A stretch of DNA of 64,000 nucleotides, taken from contig NC_086097.1 in NCBI RefSeq assembly GCF_963921235.1, forward strand, positions 154,010,001 through 154,074,000. Reading direction: 5' to 3'. Origin of the DNA: Mobula hypostoma. Taxonomy: Eukaryota. This document shows, one piece after another, positions 26,288-39,260 of the stretch. Below the pieces are notes generated by a model. The model had not been told where the DNA came from, did not search any database, and saw only the letters and a program-made list of their open reading frames with translations. Within the stretch, counting starts at the first letter, position 1. Each line of letters begins with the position of its first letter. Position numbers and translations under genes: made by a program.

Positions 26288-26375
26288 AAACACAATAGAT
26301 TCTGCAGATGCTGGAAATCCAGAGCAACACACACAAATTGCTGAAGGAACTCAGCAGGTCAGGCAGCACCTGTAA
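26288..26375 (-). mobile_element. Penelope-like terminal fragment
   Basis: gattctgcagatgctggaaatccagagcaacacacacaaattgctgaaggaactcagcaggtcaggcagca. Confidence 0.75.
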
Positions 26376-26399
26376 AATGGTCTTGATCCTGTTTCTAAA

Positions 26400-27285
26400 G
26401 TGTCCACAACTTTCTGCAGTTTCTCGTAGCAATGTGCAGACCAGTTGCAATATCAAGCTACTGGTGCATTTAAAGAGGATGCATTCTATGGTGCATCTAT
26501 AAATATTGATGTGGGTCATTAAGAACATGCCAAATTCCATTAGCCTCCCGAGAGAAACAAAAGTACTGGTGCACTTTCTTGGTGACGTTGTCCATGTGGT
26601 TGGCATAAGACAGGCTGTTGGAAATGCTCAACCACAGGAACTTGGAGTTCAACTTTCTTGACCTCATTACCAAGGTAATCACCCCACAGACACCATGACT
26701 TCCTGAGGTCAAAGGCTTATGCACTACTTTTAAAGAAATGCTATAGAAAGTACTCTGGCTGCAACTCAACCTAGAGTAGCAACTACTTGTCTCTGACTTG
26801 TCAGATTCTGTAGGAATGGTAAACATTGCTCAGTTCATCGGGGACTCATCACTTCCATCCAGTCCATTTTTGTGCTGCGTTGTCTCAGGATATTTACTAC
26901 CATCAAAGACGCCTGCCACCCTGGACATTCCCCTTTCTCTCTTCTACCTTCTGAGAGAAGATGCAATTTTTTGAAAGCCTAGAAACCTGATTCAAAAATG
27001 GTTTCTTCCTCTCTGTCTTCAGACCTCTGGACCAGTCGCCTTTTTACACACCCTTCCCAATAGTGTTGCTACATTCTTGCACTCTTAATTCTACCTCTCT
27101 GTTCGTCCATTATTGTCATCTTTGCCCTACTTCAGATTGCACTGCTTTCCTTCGTTGTAGCACTCTATGTGATGCGTGTTGCTGTAGTTGTTATGGCCAT
27201 GAAAACTATTTACTCTGTTCTTCACCCCAGCAAGGAATTTTGTTACACGCTGATGTGATAATAAAGTCAATCCACCTTATGATTC
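26400..27285. mobile_element. Old Rex1 fragments in opposite orientations
   Basis: 26400-26700 on minus (NIYRCTIECIL); 26800-27285 on plus (caccctggacattcc, HPGHS). Confidence 0.65.
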
Positions 27286-27710
27286 AATCAAGTTGCCTGA
27301 CTCTTTTAAACTCCAACGGATTCAAAACTAGCCATTGCAATTTCTCGAAGTATCCATCCTGAAACACCTCCAAGTTCAGTAAACCTTCACTGAAATGCTT
27401 TTGGTGCAGTTACATTCTTGACTAAGAAGATCAGTAGGACATGTAGGTGAGACAACATCTGGAGTACTCTGTCTGAAGTGTAAACGCCTTGCTCTGTATC
27501 TAATTCCCCTCACTATGCATAATAGCATGTTGGTTAGCTTTCCTAATTACTTGTACACCACCTTACTGGTCACTTGCAAATCATATACTGGGGTATCCAG
27601 ATGCCAGACCACTGCAGTATGCACCCTCTTCAACTTGGACATATGTAGTTTTGGTCTCAACCTTCATTTGGCAGTCATTCTGGCTTCAAATTCAGAAGTT
27701 CCTGGCCTAA

Positions 27711-28520
27711 AGTTATCCACTTTGGTGGCAAAAATAGGAAAACAGATTATTATCTGAATGGTGGCCGATTAGGAAAAGGGGAGGTGCTACGAGACCTGGG
27801 TGTCATTATACACCAGTCATTGAAAGTGGGCATGCAGGTACAGCAGGCGGTGAAAAAGGCAAATGGTATGCTGGCATTTATAGCGAGAGGATTCGAGTAC
27901 AGGAGCAGGGAGGTACTACTGCAGTCGTACAAGGGCTTGGTGAGACCACACCTGGAGTATTGTGTGCAGTTTTGGTCTCCTAATCTGAGGAAAGACATCC
28001 TTGCCATAGAGGGAGTACAAAGAAGGTTCACCAGATTGATTCCTGGGATGGCAGGACTTTCATATGAAGAAAGACTGGATGAACTGGGCTTGTACTCGTT
28101 GGAATTTAGAAGATTGAGGGGGGATCTGATTGAAACGTATAAGATCCTAAAGGGATTGGACAGGCTAGATGCAGGAAGATTGTTCCCGATGTTGGGGAAG
28201 TCCAGAACAAGGGGTCACAGTTTGAGGATAGAGGGGAAGCCTTTTAGGACCGAGATTAGGAAAAACTTCTTCACACAGAGAGTGGTGAATCTGTGGAATT
28301 CTCTGCCACAGCAAACTGTTGAGGCCAGTTCATTGGCTATATTTAAGAGGGAGTTAGATATGGCCCTTGTGGCTACAGGGGTCAGGGGGTATGGAGGGAA
28401 AGCTGGGGCGGGGTTCTGAGTTGGATGATCAGCCATGATCATAATAAATGGCGGTGCAGGCTCGAAGGGCCAAATGGCCTACTCCTGCACCTATTTTCTA
28501 TGTTTTCTATGTTTTCTATG
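27711..28520 (+). mobile_element. Young 5'-truncated CR1 LINE with intact ORF2 C-terminus
   Basis: Uninterrupted 211-aa ORF 27784-28419 (RDLGV, LVRPHLEYCVQFWSP, RRLRGDLIETYKI, FFTQRVVNLWNSLP); (ttttctatg)3 tail. Confidence 0.95.
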
Positions 28521-30440
28521 TAATTCCAGGTAACTCTGCTCATGCTCTAGTCTGGCATTTCAGTACAGCATTTCCCAAGATACACTGTAATGACTGGGAT
28601 TGTAAACTGAAGACCTGTCTACATCTTAAGCGGATTTCAAAGAAACTCTGGACTATCTGGGTAGGATCTGATAACTTAAAAATTTGAACAATATTGCACT
28701 GGTAACTTGGAGCATAAAAGCTCTGCAACACAAATGGTAAATTATACGTTTATTCCTTTGATAACTCATTTACTGTTTGTACTAAGTTCACTGTTAACTG
28801 GGCACCATTGACCCCCTCAAAAAAGATCAGCAAAACATCTTTGAACATTTTCACAGTCCTGTTGAAGGATTTCATTACACTGTTAAAATGATAACATTTT
28901 GAAGACAGCTGGTTGGTGGCTGAGCTCTTTGCAGATTTCTGGGATCATAAAATCTGCCATAAAAATGCCTTCCTTTCTTCCATTAGGAGAAAAATACAGC
29001 CTGAAGTAGATAACAATGAATGGATTGTGACAACATTTTTGACATTTTACAAGGAGTGAGTAAAAAGGACTTTTGTGGCTCTATTTATTTCTAGTTCCAC
29101 CCCTTTCCCTCAACAACCAACACCCCACCGCCGACCACTTCCGCTTTATCTAATAGACTTCACGCTCGAGTTGTTTTTTATTTGATTTCCAGAAGAAATC
29201 AACAGATGGTGAACAGCATAAGACAAGACAGTGAAGCCTCAACAGATTTGTTTTGCTTTTCTTCTCAAAGCATTTTGTGATATCACTATTCTAGATCCAT
29301 AAGGAAGGAATTAACATTGGTAACACTGGGATTTTTCCTGGTTTGTGTCATTTAAAACACATGCCACTCTGAGTCACCTGTTGAACGCAGAAGACTTAGA
29401 TGGACTTTCCATTTTTTTTTAAACAAAGCATGTTTTATTTAGCACTTCTCAGTAAGAATTATAATACAGCCAATAATTGGGAAGTCAGTAGATACATTGC
29501 ACATCGCTAGTTGGATCTATTATGTCTTGTTGTAGCCAGCTATATGACCTAATTAAATGAGAAGAGCATCTTGCATGGATTTCCTTTTGAATTAATTTAA
29601 GACAAAGTGAAATTGTGTGTTAGAATATTGCAGTACCTCCAAGTGATAAGAGAAAAACAATTTCCATAAATTGCATTAAATGCAATGGCAGTTATTACAA
29701 GATTATTAAATCACAAGCCCATTTCTGTCCCTGAAGGAAGTCTACAGGTCACAGGGGGCAACTCAGCTCTGCCGGCTAATAATATCTTAAATTAGGTGTT
29801 GAGCAATTGCAGCTGACAAAAAAAAACTATTGTAAGAAATTAATTATAATGAACTTGTTAATTATTCTGTTATTCAGAGGTGTCAAATGGAAGAGTGTAA
29901 TGACAGAATTCAGACAAGTAAAGGAGCTTTATATCTTCTGAACCTCACCAGGGAACTTCTCTCACTGTGTGTAATGGGAAACCAATTTCTTCTGGGCAAA
30001 ATATTGTCAATTTTGTATTCAAGAAAGTGTCACTTTCATTACAGTTTATTCCGGAACTTTATTGTTTCTCAGCATTGCATTGAAGTGAACAGGATATCCA
30101 TGGCTTTCAATCATCCTTCCAACTTCTCTGGGAATTTAATTGTAATGCTGCCTTTTCAGCAACAACCCCCTACCCTTCTTCCCATGCATAAGCCACACTG
30201 ACTTCCCCACTGCCTAACCAAACTCGCAGAGCTTCTTACAATTTCCAGGCTGTACCTCATTCTCCAATGGCTTTGTTTGATGCACTAGACACACTTTAGT
30301 GCATTGTGAAAACTTCAAACTGTTCAGCTCGTGTTGCTATGAAAAGCAAATGTAATATTACAAGAAGTGGCCGAAAAAAATTTGTGTCACAAACAGCTGC
30401 CCCTGGGGAGTTCACCTAGAACAAGAAACACCAATTTCCT

Positions 30441-30720
30441 CCTGTCCCATGATCCTCTCATATCCCCTTTGCCAATCACCTGTCCAGCTCTTGGCTCCAT
30501 CCCTCCCCCTCCTGTCTTCTCCTATCATTTTGGATCTCCCCCTCCCCCTCCCACTTTCAAATCTCTTACTAACTCTTCCTTCAGTTAGTCCTGACGAAGG
30601 GTCTCGGCCTGAAATGTCGACTGTACCTCTTCCTAGAGATGCTGCCTGGCCTGCTGCGTTCACCAGCAACTTTGATGTGTGTTGCTTGAATTTCCAGCAT
30701 CTGCAGAATTCCTGTTGTTT
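30441..30720 (+). mobile_element. Penelope-like terminal insertion with hammerhead motif and 13-bp TSD
   Basis: TSD acaccaatttcct at 30428-30440 and 30721-30733. Motif agtc CTGACGA agg...cct GAAAtGTC gact at 30587-30622. Confidence 0.88.
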
Positions 30721-31170
30721 ACACCAATTTCCTTTGTCATGCATGAGTTTCATTAGGATTTCAAGCAGGAAATTAAATGATTAACTTCAGTTTTCTCACC
30801 AATAGACACTTGATATTAGATTTAGTCTGGAACAGATTTGTCTGGTGGCTATTTTCAGGTGAAATCAGCCCTTCAAGAAGTAGGACAGACCACTTCCGTG
30901 TAACTGTTTGTGTTCGACTTCCTGATCTTTGTCCAGATGCACACCTAGGGCTGTTACTAGTTGTGCAACACTGATCTCCTTCCTGATTGGTTTAAAATGG
31001 CACTTTTGAGTACAACTAGCAAATTTGCTATTTTTGAATTCTTTTCTCTGTCTGTTAAAAGGACAGTCTGCAGCTTCACAACTCACAACAAAACGCAGGC
31101 TGTTCAGATGCCTTCCAAGGGCCAAAGAATGCTTAGATGACCAGGGACTGCTCCTTTCATTACTTTCTTT

Positions 31171-31560
31171 CTTTGGTCGGCCCCAAACTTGATGATCTGC
31201 CAGCACATGGAAATGTCCGTGGGAGAATGCTGCCAACTGGCACATTCTCGGCTGCAGGAGTACGTGCTGAGGGACGCACAGAAACTTGGGGCAGCCACTG
31301 CAAGGGTCTGGTGGGGAAGGATCATGGTTTAGGGTTCTTCTCCCGCAGGAGTGGGGGGGGGGGTTGGTGGGGAGTATACCTCTCAAAAATGGTGTGGAAA
31401 GATGAAACAACAGAGCGCCACATGGGTGGCTAAAAGTGTGGGAGTATAAAGCCCGTAATGGAAACATCTGTAAAGGATTGAGAGTCAACGAATGATTTAT
31501 TGTACATAATTTTATTTTTGAATAAAGTATATTTTGAAATAAAAATTCCAAAAAAAAAAA
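31171..31560 (+). mobile_element. Tx1/L1-clade LINE 3' end with poly(A)
   Basis: Encodes LWSAPNLMICQHMEMSVGECCQLAHSRLQEYVLRDAQKLGAATARVWWGRIMV*, then AATAAA and an A-tail. TSD ttctttct at 31165-31172 and 31561-31568. Confidence 0.8.
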
Positions 31561-32084
31561 TTCTTTCTGACACGCTCAATATGTTTCCCAGCAATGATTC
31601 CATTGGCAGTACCCCTTTTCCTCGTGATGTGTGTAGTCATGCAGGAATGGTTAGGGACATTTGACCAAGAAATAGATTTTCTCATCAGCTTATTGGCTAC
31701 TTGTGCATAGTGGTCTGAGATGAAAACTGAAACTCCCCAATGAGCAAACTATTCATAGGCTCAGGTTATCTGAGGGCGTGAAATGATGTAGGAGGGCATT
31801 TAGCCTCATCCTCATGTATGGACTACTCTCTCTTTCATGGTAAAGGTCATGTTAACCCTTGATCTCTTCATCCCAGCCTATTTCCAAGCAGGTTCAACAG
31901 ATATGTTAGGAATCCCAATTTTATTTTTGTTAATAGCATTTTTTTTTTTTGCTATGATTTCAGAGAGAATAAGAGGCATCTTGGACTCTGATATTTACCA
32001 TGATTGCTGGCTTGTCGAAAGTGCATGCAGTAATTAAGTAATTGCAATTGTGGACTTTTAATAAAAAGGAATGGATTTAAGGAT

Positions 32085-32590
32085 TGAACACAAGAGATTT
32101 TGCAGATGCTGGAAATCAAGGGCAACTTACACAAAATGCTGGAGGAACTCAGCAGGTCAGACAGCATTTTATAGAAATGTGATAGGCAGGTGATGAGAAG
32201 AGGTAAGAGGGAAAATAAGGGAATAGAAGAAGAGGGGAGGTGGAGGGGGAAAATTTACCAGAAAGAGAAATTGATTTTTATGCCATCAGGTTGGAGGTTA
32301 CCTAGACAGTGCTGCTCCTTCAACCTGAGAGTGGCCTCATTGTGGCAGAAGAAGAGGCCATAGACTGACATGTCAGAATGGGAATGGAGATAGGAATTAA
32401 AATGATTGGACACCGGGAAACTCTACTTTTTATGGATGGAGTGGAGGTGCTTGACAAAACGGTTCTCCAACTTATATTGGGCCTCAGCAATGTAGAGGCA
32501 GCGGGACAGGATACTGTAGGTGACTTCCAGCAGATTTGCAGATGAAGTTTTGCTTCACCTGGTGGGACTGTTTAGGGCCCTGAATGGAGC
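32085..32590 (-). mobile_element. Penelope-like element 3' portion (decayed GIY-YIG region and terminus)
   Basis: gatgctggaaatc...ggaggaactcagcaggtcag terminus. ggtctcca/tattgggcctc...atgtagagg and caggatactgtag resemble the GIY-YIG-coding part on the minus strand. Confidence 0.65.
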
Positions 32591-32921
32591 TTTTCCCTCA
32601 TTAGGGAGAGAGAGAGAGCTTGTGGTATGTTGAATACTGGGTGAACAAGTTGTCTTTGGGGTACTGCATCTGTGTCTTTATTAATGCTTTGCTGCATGCT
32701 TGAGTACTTAGTGGGGGGCACCAATGCTTTTTTGTTGGTGGGGGAGGGGTGTTGTTGCTTTGCTGTTGCTTGTGTGTGTGGGGGGGCTTTGGGGTTCTAA
32801 CTGTCATTCGTTCTTTGGGACACTCCTCTGTTTTCATGGATGTTTGCGAAGAAAGGGAATTTCTGGATGTATATTGTATACATTTCTCTGACATTTAATG
32901 TACCTGTTGAAACCTATTGAA
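32590..32921 (+). mobile_element. 5'-truncated copy of the ~800-bp Rex-tail family
   Basis: Matches 40600-40945 (ttccctcattagggagagagagagagc...catttctctgacatt). Confidence 0.85.
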
Positions 32922-34019
32922 ATAGACAAAGTCTAAAAATGAAAAGATAAATCAAGTACTATAAAAAGGTGAATTTTATTTTTGTTCCCTCCTGAAATAT
33001 GCTGTCTGAAGAAAGATTAAATTAATTCAAAGGAAGGTTGTGAGGCTGTATGAAAATGTATAGTGGATAAAATATATTTAAAAAAAAGGATGATTAAGGA
33101 TTTCAAGAATAAAGGAATGGAATAAATATTTTATCACAATTGTCACAGCACAGATGAAAATTTACAAAAATAGCAGAGCAGTAGGTTCAATAAGTTAAGA
33201 AATAAATAAGAGCTTGCTTGTGGGAATTCAAAGGGAAGGTGTTGAGTACATAAGAATCATTTCAGGATACTTGGTAAAAAAAATGGGAAAATGCAGGCTG
33301 TAATTACAATATATAAAAGCTTGGAAATTGTATTAGTGATGTTAGAATGACAGTGATAAAATGGAGAAACAATCAGTTGGAATAAGTCAGCAGGTCAAGC
33401 AGCATCTGGGCAGGCAAGGAGATAACTGACATTTTGGGTTGAAACCCTGCATCAGGACTGAGGGCGTAGAGCAGAGATAGCTGGTAAGGAGCAGTGAAGG
33501 AAGGGTGAGACTCTTCTAAAAATATTTGCAGTGAATGACCTATTTCACTTTGACTTTTACTACATGTAAAAATGGCACGGGGAGACTTTACTATCAGCAT
33601 TAGCAAACAACAGAAAAAGAGAAAAGAATGTGATTTCAAAAGGAGAAAAGTAATTAAATTAGGCAAACATCATTCAAACTCAAAACGCAACATGAAGTGT
33701 TTAAAATGATTAAATATAGAATCTATATAATTGAGAAGGAAAGAGGAAAAAGGCTTTTCTGGATGGTTTGCACATACAGTGGGGAAAGATAGTAGACCCA
33801 GTTTCCTAATGTGAAGTCTCAAGTTCCATTCGGTACAAGCCTGTCTTGTGTAGTTAATGGGGGAAATACTACCATAGGATCTAGGTGAAAGCTCTTGTAG
33901 ATGGTTTTTAAATAAAACATGAGTCATAGGAATTTTGACTGGGGAAGGAAAATATTTTAGTGTCTAACACGGCTACTGAAGTGCATAAAGGTGAGGGCAG
34001 AGGTTCTGCAGATTAAAGA

Positions 34020-34147
34020 CACAAGATTCTGCAGACGCTGGAATTCAGAGCAACATACACAAAATGCTGAAGGAACTCTGCAGGTGAGCAGACATCTATA
34101 GAAGGGAATAAAGAGTCGACATTACGGGATGAGATCCTTCATCAGAA
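34020..34147 (-). mobile_element. Penelope-like terminal insertion with mutated hammerhead
   Basis: TSD cagatt(a/c)aaga at 34009-34019 and 34148-34158. Minus strand reads ttctgatgaaggatctcatcccgtaatgtcgac. Confidence 0.78.
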
Positions 34148-37109
34148 CAGATTCAAGAGCAGTGTAGTTCAAGAAGAGGAACTGACAAGGTCTGTGAGAT
34201 CTTGGGCAGGGTAGGAGAATGCAGCCAGGCTTTGGAATAGACTAGTCATTGAATGGAAGAAGAGTATGATCAGAAATTCTCAAAGACTCTCCTGTGGGTT
34301 CCCATTACAAAATGACAGACATATATAAGACTGGATTTGATAAACTGAATTGTATCCACTGATAACATCAGTATGGAGCGGATGATCTGAAAAACTTGCT
34401 TCTGTTCTACATGCCTATATAAATGACTGCCTTACAATGGGAGCTAAACTTTTGCTTTCACATTGACCGTGGTACCTGCCAGACTATGTTCTAGAATTCT
34501 AACCCCTACTTTAAATAAAAAAGCAACACGTTGGGGGGTTGATGCTGATACTGTCATTATGGATTTTGCACATTTTCCCTATTGTGGCATGGAATTTTCC
34601 AAATCCCTCTCCACCATGCAAAGTCATGCTGTTTGTTAGGTTAATTGTCTATTCTAGATCTCCTCCAGTGTAGATTGTTGGTGGGAGAATCAATGGGGTG
34701 ATGGTTGCCTTGTGAGAGAGAATGAGTGACAGGGAAATAAGTAGAGGAATGGCTGACTGAGACTCAGTAGGTTGAAAGGCCTCCTATGTAATACTAAGAC
34801 CTTGCCCTCACTTTAAAATTCATCAATGGCCTTGTTAAAACATAGAAAACAATTAAATATAAATTAAAATAGATTAAGTTCAGTCTATGTTGCAGCCCCT
34901 TTACCATTGATTCTTCTGCAATCATCATCTCTGCCCATTATTTCTGAATTGTAAGTATTGCTAACAAAGCAGCCCAACATCTACTTTGCTTTAAAACAAA
35001 GAGGACATTTCCAGGCATGTCTTTGTATTACTCCATACCTGAGAGGCATTCTAGTGGACCAGTACTGCATCCTCCATAGCCAATATATTCTTCAATTAGC
35101 AGAGCCTAAAACTTTAGCCATTGCTCCATTTGACGATATTAGAAACTAAAAAATTCAGAAATTAAAACATGTTCTTGTCACCTACTGGCTGATGTTTACC
35201 TGCCTGCTGGAAAACAGAAGTCAATATTAGGAGAACAGGAATGTCACAAGTGACCCATAACTTATCTATCCTGCGCATTTTCTGCCCATCTTGGTCTAAG
35301 AACTTGAGGCACATATTTTTAACAAAAAAAATCTAACAATGAAGTCAAAAGGATTTTAATTGTACATAAAATAAAGCAATAGAGTCTGAATTCTGCCTTT
35401 ACTTGAATTAAGGCTTAAAATTATTGACTTACTGCCTTGTATAATCAATGACTGATCCAGAAATTGGCATATGGAACCAGAGTAAATGCCTTTTGTGGTA
35501 TCTATTTATAAAATAGATAATAAGCCTGGTTTTGCTGAAGGTTGCAATTGTGTTAATTGTCCCCATTAGTCTGGGATGCCCAACAGCTGTGGAGATGACT
35601 CTATTTTCAGCTAGTAAAGAAAATGCCAATTTTAACTTTGTCTTGAATCTATATTGCTAAAAGCAAAATTAAGTAGAAAAAGAGAAAATGAAAATTGCTT
35701 TCCTTGAGCAGCTCAGTTTTACAAAAATCAAATAAGGTTACATGCAGACACAATCCACTAATGGTAATTGCACATTTTAACAGTGAATGCCTGAAATGTA
35801 TAATTCAGTTAACATTAAAAAATATACTGTCACTGCAGATTTGCTGAAAATCAGTCGTTTTCCTTGTTTGGTATTCATTCCTTTATTTCAAGTACTGGTT
35901 TGAAATATGATAGCATAGTGCTTAAGTGACTGGTGTAATTGTCAGTAGTGCAGAATTCAAATCTCATCATTGTAAGGGACTTATCAGGGTGAGGATTTAA
36001 ATTGAGGAAATCTGGAATCTAAGAAAAATATTATATCATTAACCATAAGATTATTATAAAAGTAATCCAGTTTAAGACAACATATGAACAGGTAGGGAAT
36101 GGAATGATATCAACCATATGCAAACAGATGTGCAGTGTAAATTGGCATCATGGTCGGTACAGACATCGTGGGTTGTAGGGTCTGTTGTATGTCCCTGCAA
36201 TGGCATTTTTCTATGCTACCAATGCTCTGTCAGTGCATCTATTTTTTGTTGCTACCATTGTTCATTTCAGCTAACCTAATAGGATATGAAGTATTCTTGA
36301 GTTTCAATAGGAAACATGATATTTATTACCATAGTGTATATCTATCACCTTTTCTTTCTCTTTTCAATGGACTGTAAAGTCAGATGGGGAAGGGGAAATT
36401 GAATATTACCTGGCTACCTTGCTTAGACTGCACTGGTTAAAATGGTGGGAGGGTAAGGTGGCATTTCATCAACTGCGATAGAGGTGTGGGAGTTCATACA
36501 GTACATGCTTATTTCGTATGTAGATATAAGAATAATGAATAATGTGTTCTGGTCTAACGCAGGAAATCACTAATTAAAACAACAAGACAAAAACACCCTA
36601 GAAACTCAACAGTTCAGACAGCATCTGCAGAGACAGATTGGGCATTAATGATTCATTTTTATTACCGTAGAAGAATAGACTTCAGCTACTCCTTTGCTAA
36701 CCCTGCTTTGACCACTAGCAACCTTAATCCACTTTTCCCTTACAAAGTCAGCCCACTTCACCTTATCAAGTTTAAAATATTAATGGATCTGAAAAGATGA
36801 ATAAACAGGTAAAATAAGCTGAAGACAAATTATGCTTCAACTGCATAATAGTACTAAATGCTTGTTAGGGAGTGTTCTGGAGTTATGTGAATATAGCGGC
36901 TATTAATTCAAACAAGAACTAGTCTTCAGTTCTTGATGTGGATTGTAATTTGCAAGCAGTAAGTGAAGTTAAAAGCACACCTTTTCAAATAAACAGTCTG
37001 GTCCACAGACTGAGATATGGATTGCAAAATGAAGACCATGAGATGATTGTATTTGTATCAGCCAAATGTTAAAACAATGGGGTTGTGTTAATTATCCTGT
37101 ATCAAACTT

Positions 37110-37848
37110 CTTTTGATGAGGGTGGTGAGAATGTGAAACAAGCTGCCAGCACAATGGTGGATATGATTTCAATGTCAATATTTAAGAGAAGTTTGGGTAG
37201 GTACATGAAGGGGAGGGGTATGATCCAAGTGCAGGTCAATGGGACTAGGCAGTTGAAATGGTTTGGCATCGACCAGATGAGCTGAAGGGCCTATTTCTGT
37301 GCTGTAGTTTTCTATGACTCTAAACCAGGCAACATGGGCTAGGCTATCTGCACCATTATGACTTGAGTTCAAGCTGGCAGACCAGACTGATTTTGTCGCA
37401 AGGATGCTGCTGGGTCTGGAGGACCTGAGTTATATGGAAAGATTGAATAGGTTAGGACCTTATTCCTTGGAATGTAGAAGATTGAGAGGAGATTTGATAG
37501 AGGTATTCAGAATTATGAGCGGTATAGATAGGGTAAATGCAAACAGGCTTCTTCCATTAAAGTTGCGTGGGACAACTTGAGGTCATGGGTTAAGAATGAA
37601 AGGTGAAATGTTTAAGGGGAACATGAGGGAAAACATCTTCACTCGGAGGGTTGTGAGAGTGTGGAAGGAGCTGCCAGCATATTGTGCATGCGATTTCAAT
37701 ATTTAAGAGAAGTTTGGATCGGTACATGGATGGCAGAGATATGGAGGGGTATAGTCCCGGTGCCAGTCGATTATAGTTTAGATGGTTCAGCATGGACTAG
37801 ATGGGCAAAGGGCCTGTTTCTGTGCTGTACTTTTAAATGACTATGACT
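37110..37848 (+). mobile_element. Two CR1 3' fragments
   Basis: agaagattgagaggagatttgatagagg, ttcactcggagggttgtgagagtgtgg; tails gggcctgtttctgtgctgta. Confidence 0.85.
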
Positions 37849-39125
37849 TAGCACATCAAACATGATCACAGATATAGGAAATCAATAGATTTTTGTGTAC
37901 TCAAGGACAGCCTTGCAACATTAACTTTGGGAGTCTGGCTGTCTCTCTCTTCAGAAGCTTTTAAACTATTTGTGTGAATTACTTTGTGACAAAGGTGTTT
38001 CAACATTCCAAAATGACTCCCACTGTAGATATGTAATTCATAGGAAACAGTGCCAACCCAAAATACTGAAGTGAGTGACGTCATTGTAACTATTGAAATC
38101 ATATTGAATCATCTCCTGTTACCTTTGATTTTAAGGGTATAAAAATGTGATGTACTTTCAGGTTTGTGAGCCTCTTCCTAGGATGTCTCCAGAATGAAGC
38201 CTGCTTGTTCTGGTGAATAAAGACTTTTACCTCACCTGGTTCAGTGTTCCTCTGGTGACTGATCACAGTCACAACAGGCTCAAGTAATGAAACATTACAT
38301 CAAACAGTGCATAAAAGCAGGCTGATTTTATCCTGTCAACATAATCCTGAACTTGATTTCATCGCTATTGGATGCTGATAGTATTCAATCAAAAATTTAA
38401 TATTTTATCAGTTTGTTAACCAAAAAGTAGGCATTGCCCTCAATATCAGGCAACATTTACACTCCCTTAGAGGTCACTACGAAGTGCTAGGGAGGAGTCC
38501 ATATTTGAAGCTAGGTTAATGTGTGGCTGATTGTGCAAAGCTACTTATTTGGAATTAAGATTAATCCCACATTTTTTTGAGCAGATGTAATGAGTTTTTA
38601 AGTCAAATGACAAAATAAACAATGTAAAATCTTTAAAGATTAGATAAAATGGTCATTGAAGAAAAAATTTATAATACTCCACCATCTGCCAGATTGCAGG
38701 CATGAATCCTATCCCACAAAGTTATTTTTGTTTTTTTTTCTTGTTTCTATGTGGTTCATTATCAAGTAATATAAAAGTAGCACATAGCTATAACAGCACA
38801 CCCCCCTCCAGAATTCCCATCAAGAAACAGTGCTTGGTGTCCCTCGCTGTTTGGCAAGGATCAGGTTTGTAATTTGTTAGATATTTTCCTCATCACACTC
38901 TTTTTGGCATTGTTGCGTTCAACAGCACTGCGCTGGCACCCACCCACCAAGGCACAGGCTTCATAAAAAGCTGAATTTCCAAGTGGAATACCACCTATTT
39001 AACCCGTCACCGAGGACAAATTACTCCCTCTGATTTCCCCCATGTATCTCTTGCTTTACGTTTTCACTTCTTTATCAAAGGATCACTAACACCTAGTACT
39101 GCTGATTGAACAATTAACTTAATAT

Positions 39126-39260
39126 CAAACAAGAAGAAATCTGAAGATGCTAGAAATCTAAGTAATACACATAAAATGCTGGAGGAACCTAGCAGGCCAG
39201 GCAGCATCTTTGGAAAAGAGTAAAAAGTTGACATTTCGGGCTGAGACCCTTCATCAGGAT
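39126..39260 (-). mobile_element. Penelope-like terminal fragment with hammerhead motif
   Basis: Minus strand reads cCTGATGAagggtctcagcccGAAAtGTCaac. Confidence 0.78.

Noticed and set aside
30865..31551. 228-aa minus-strand ORF
   Set aside because: Largely the antisense frame of a Tx1/L1 3' fragment.
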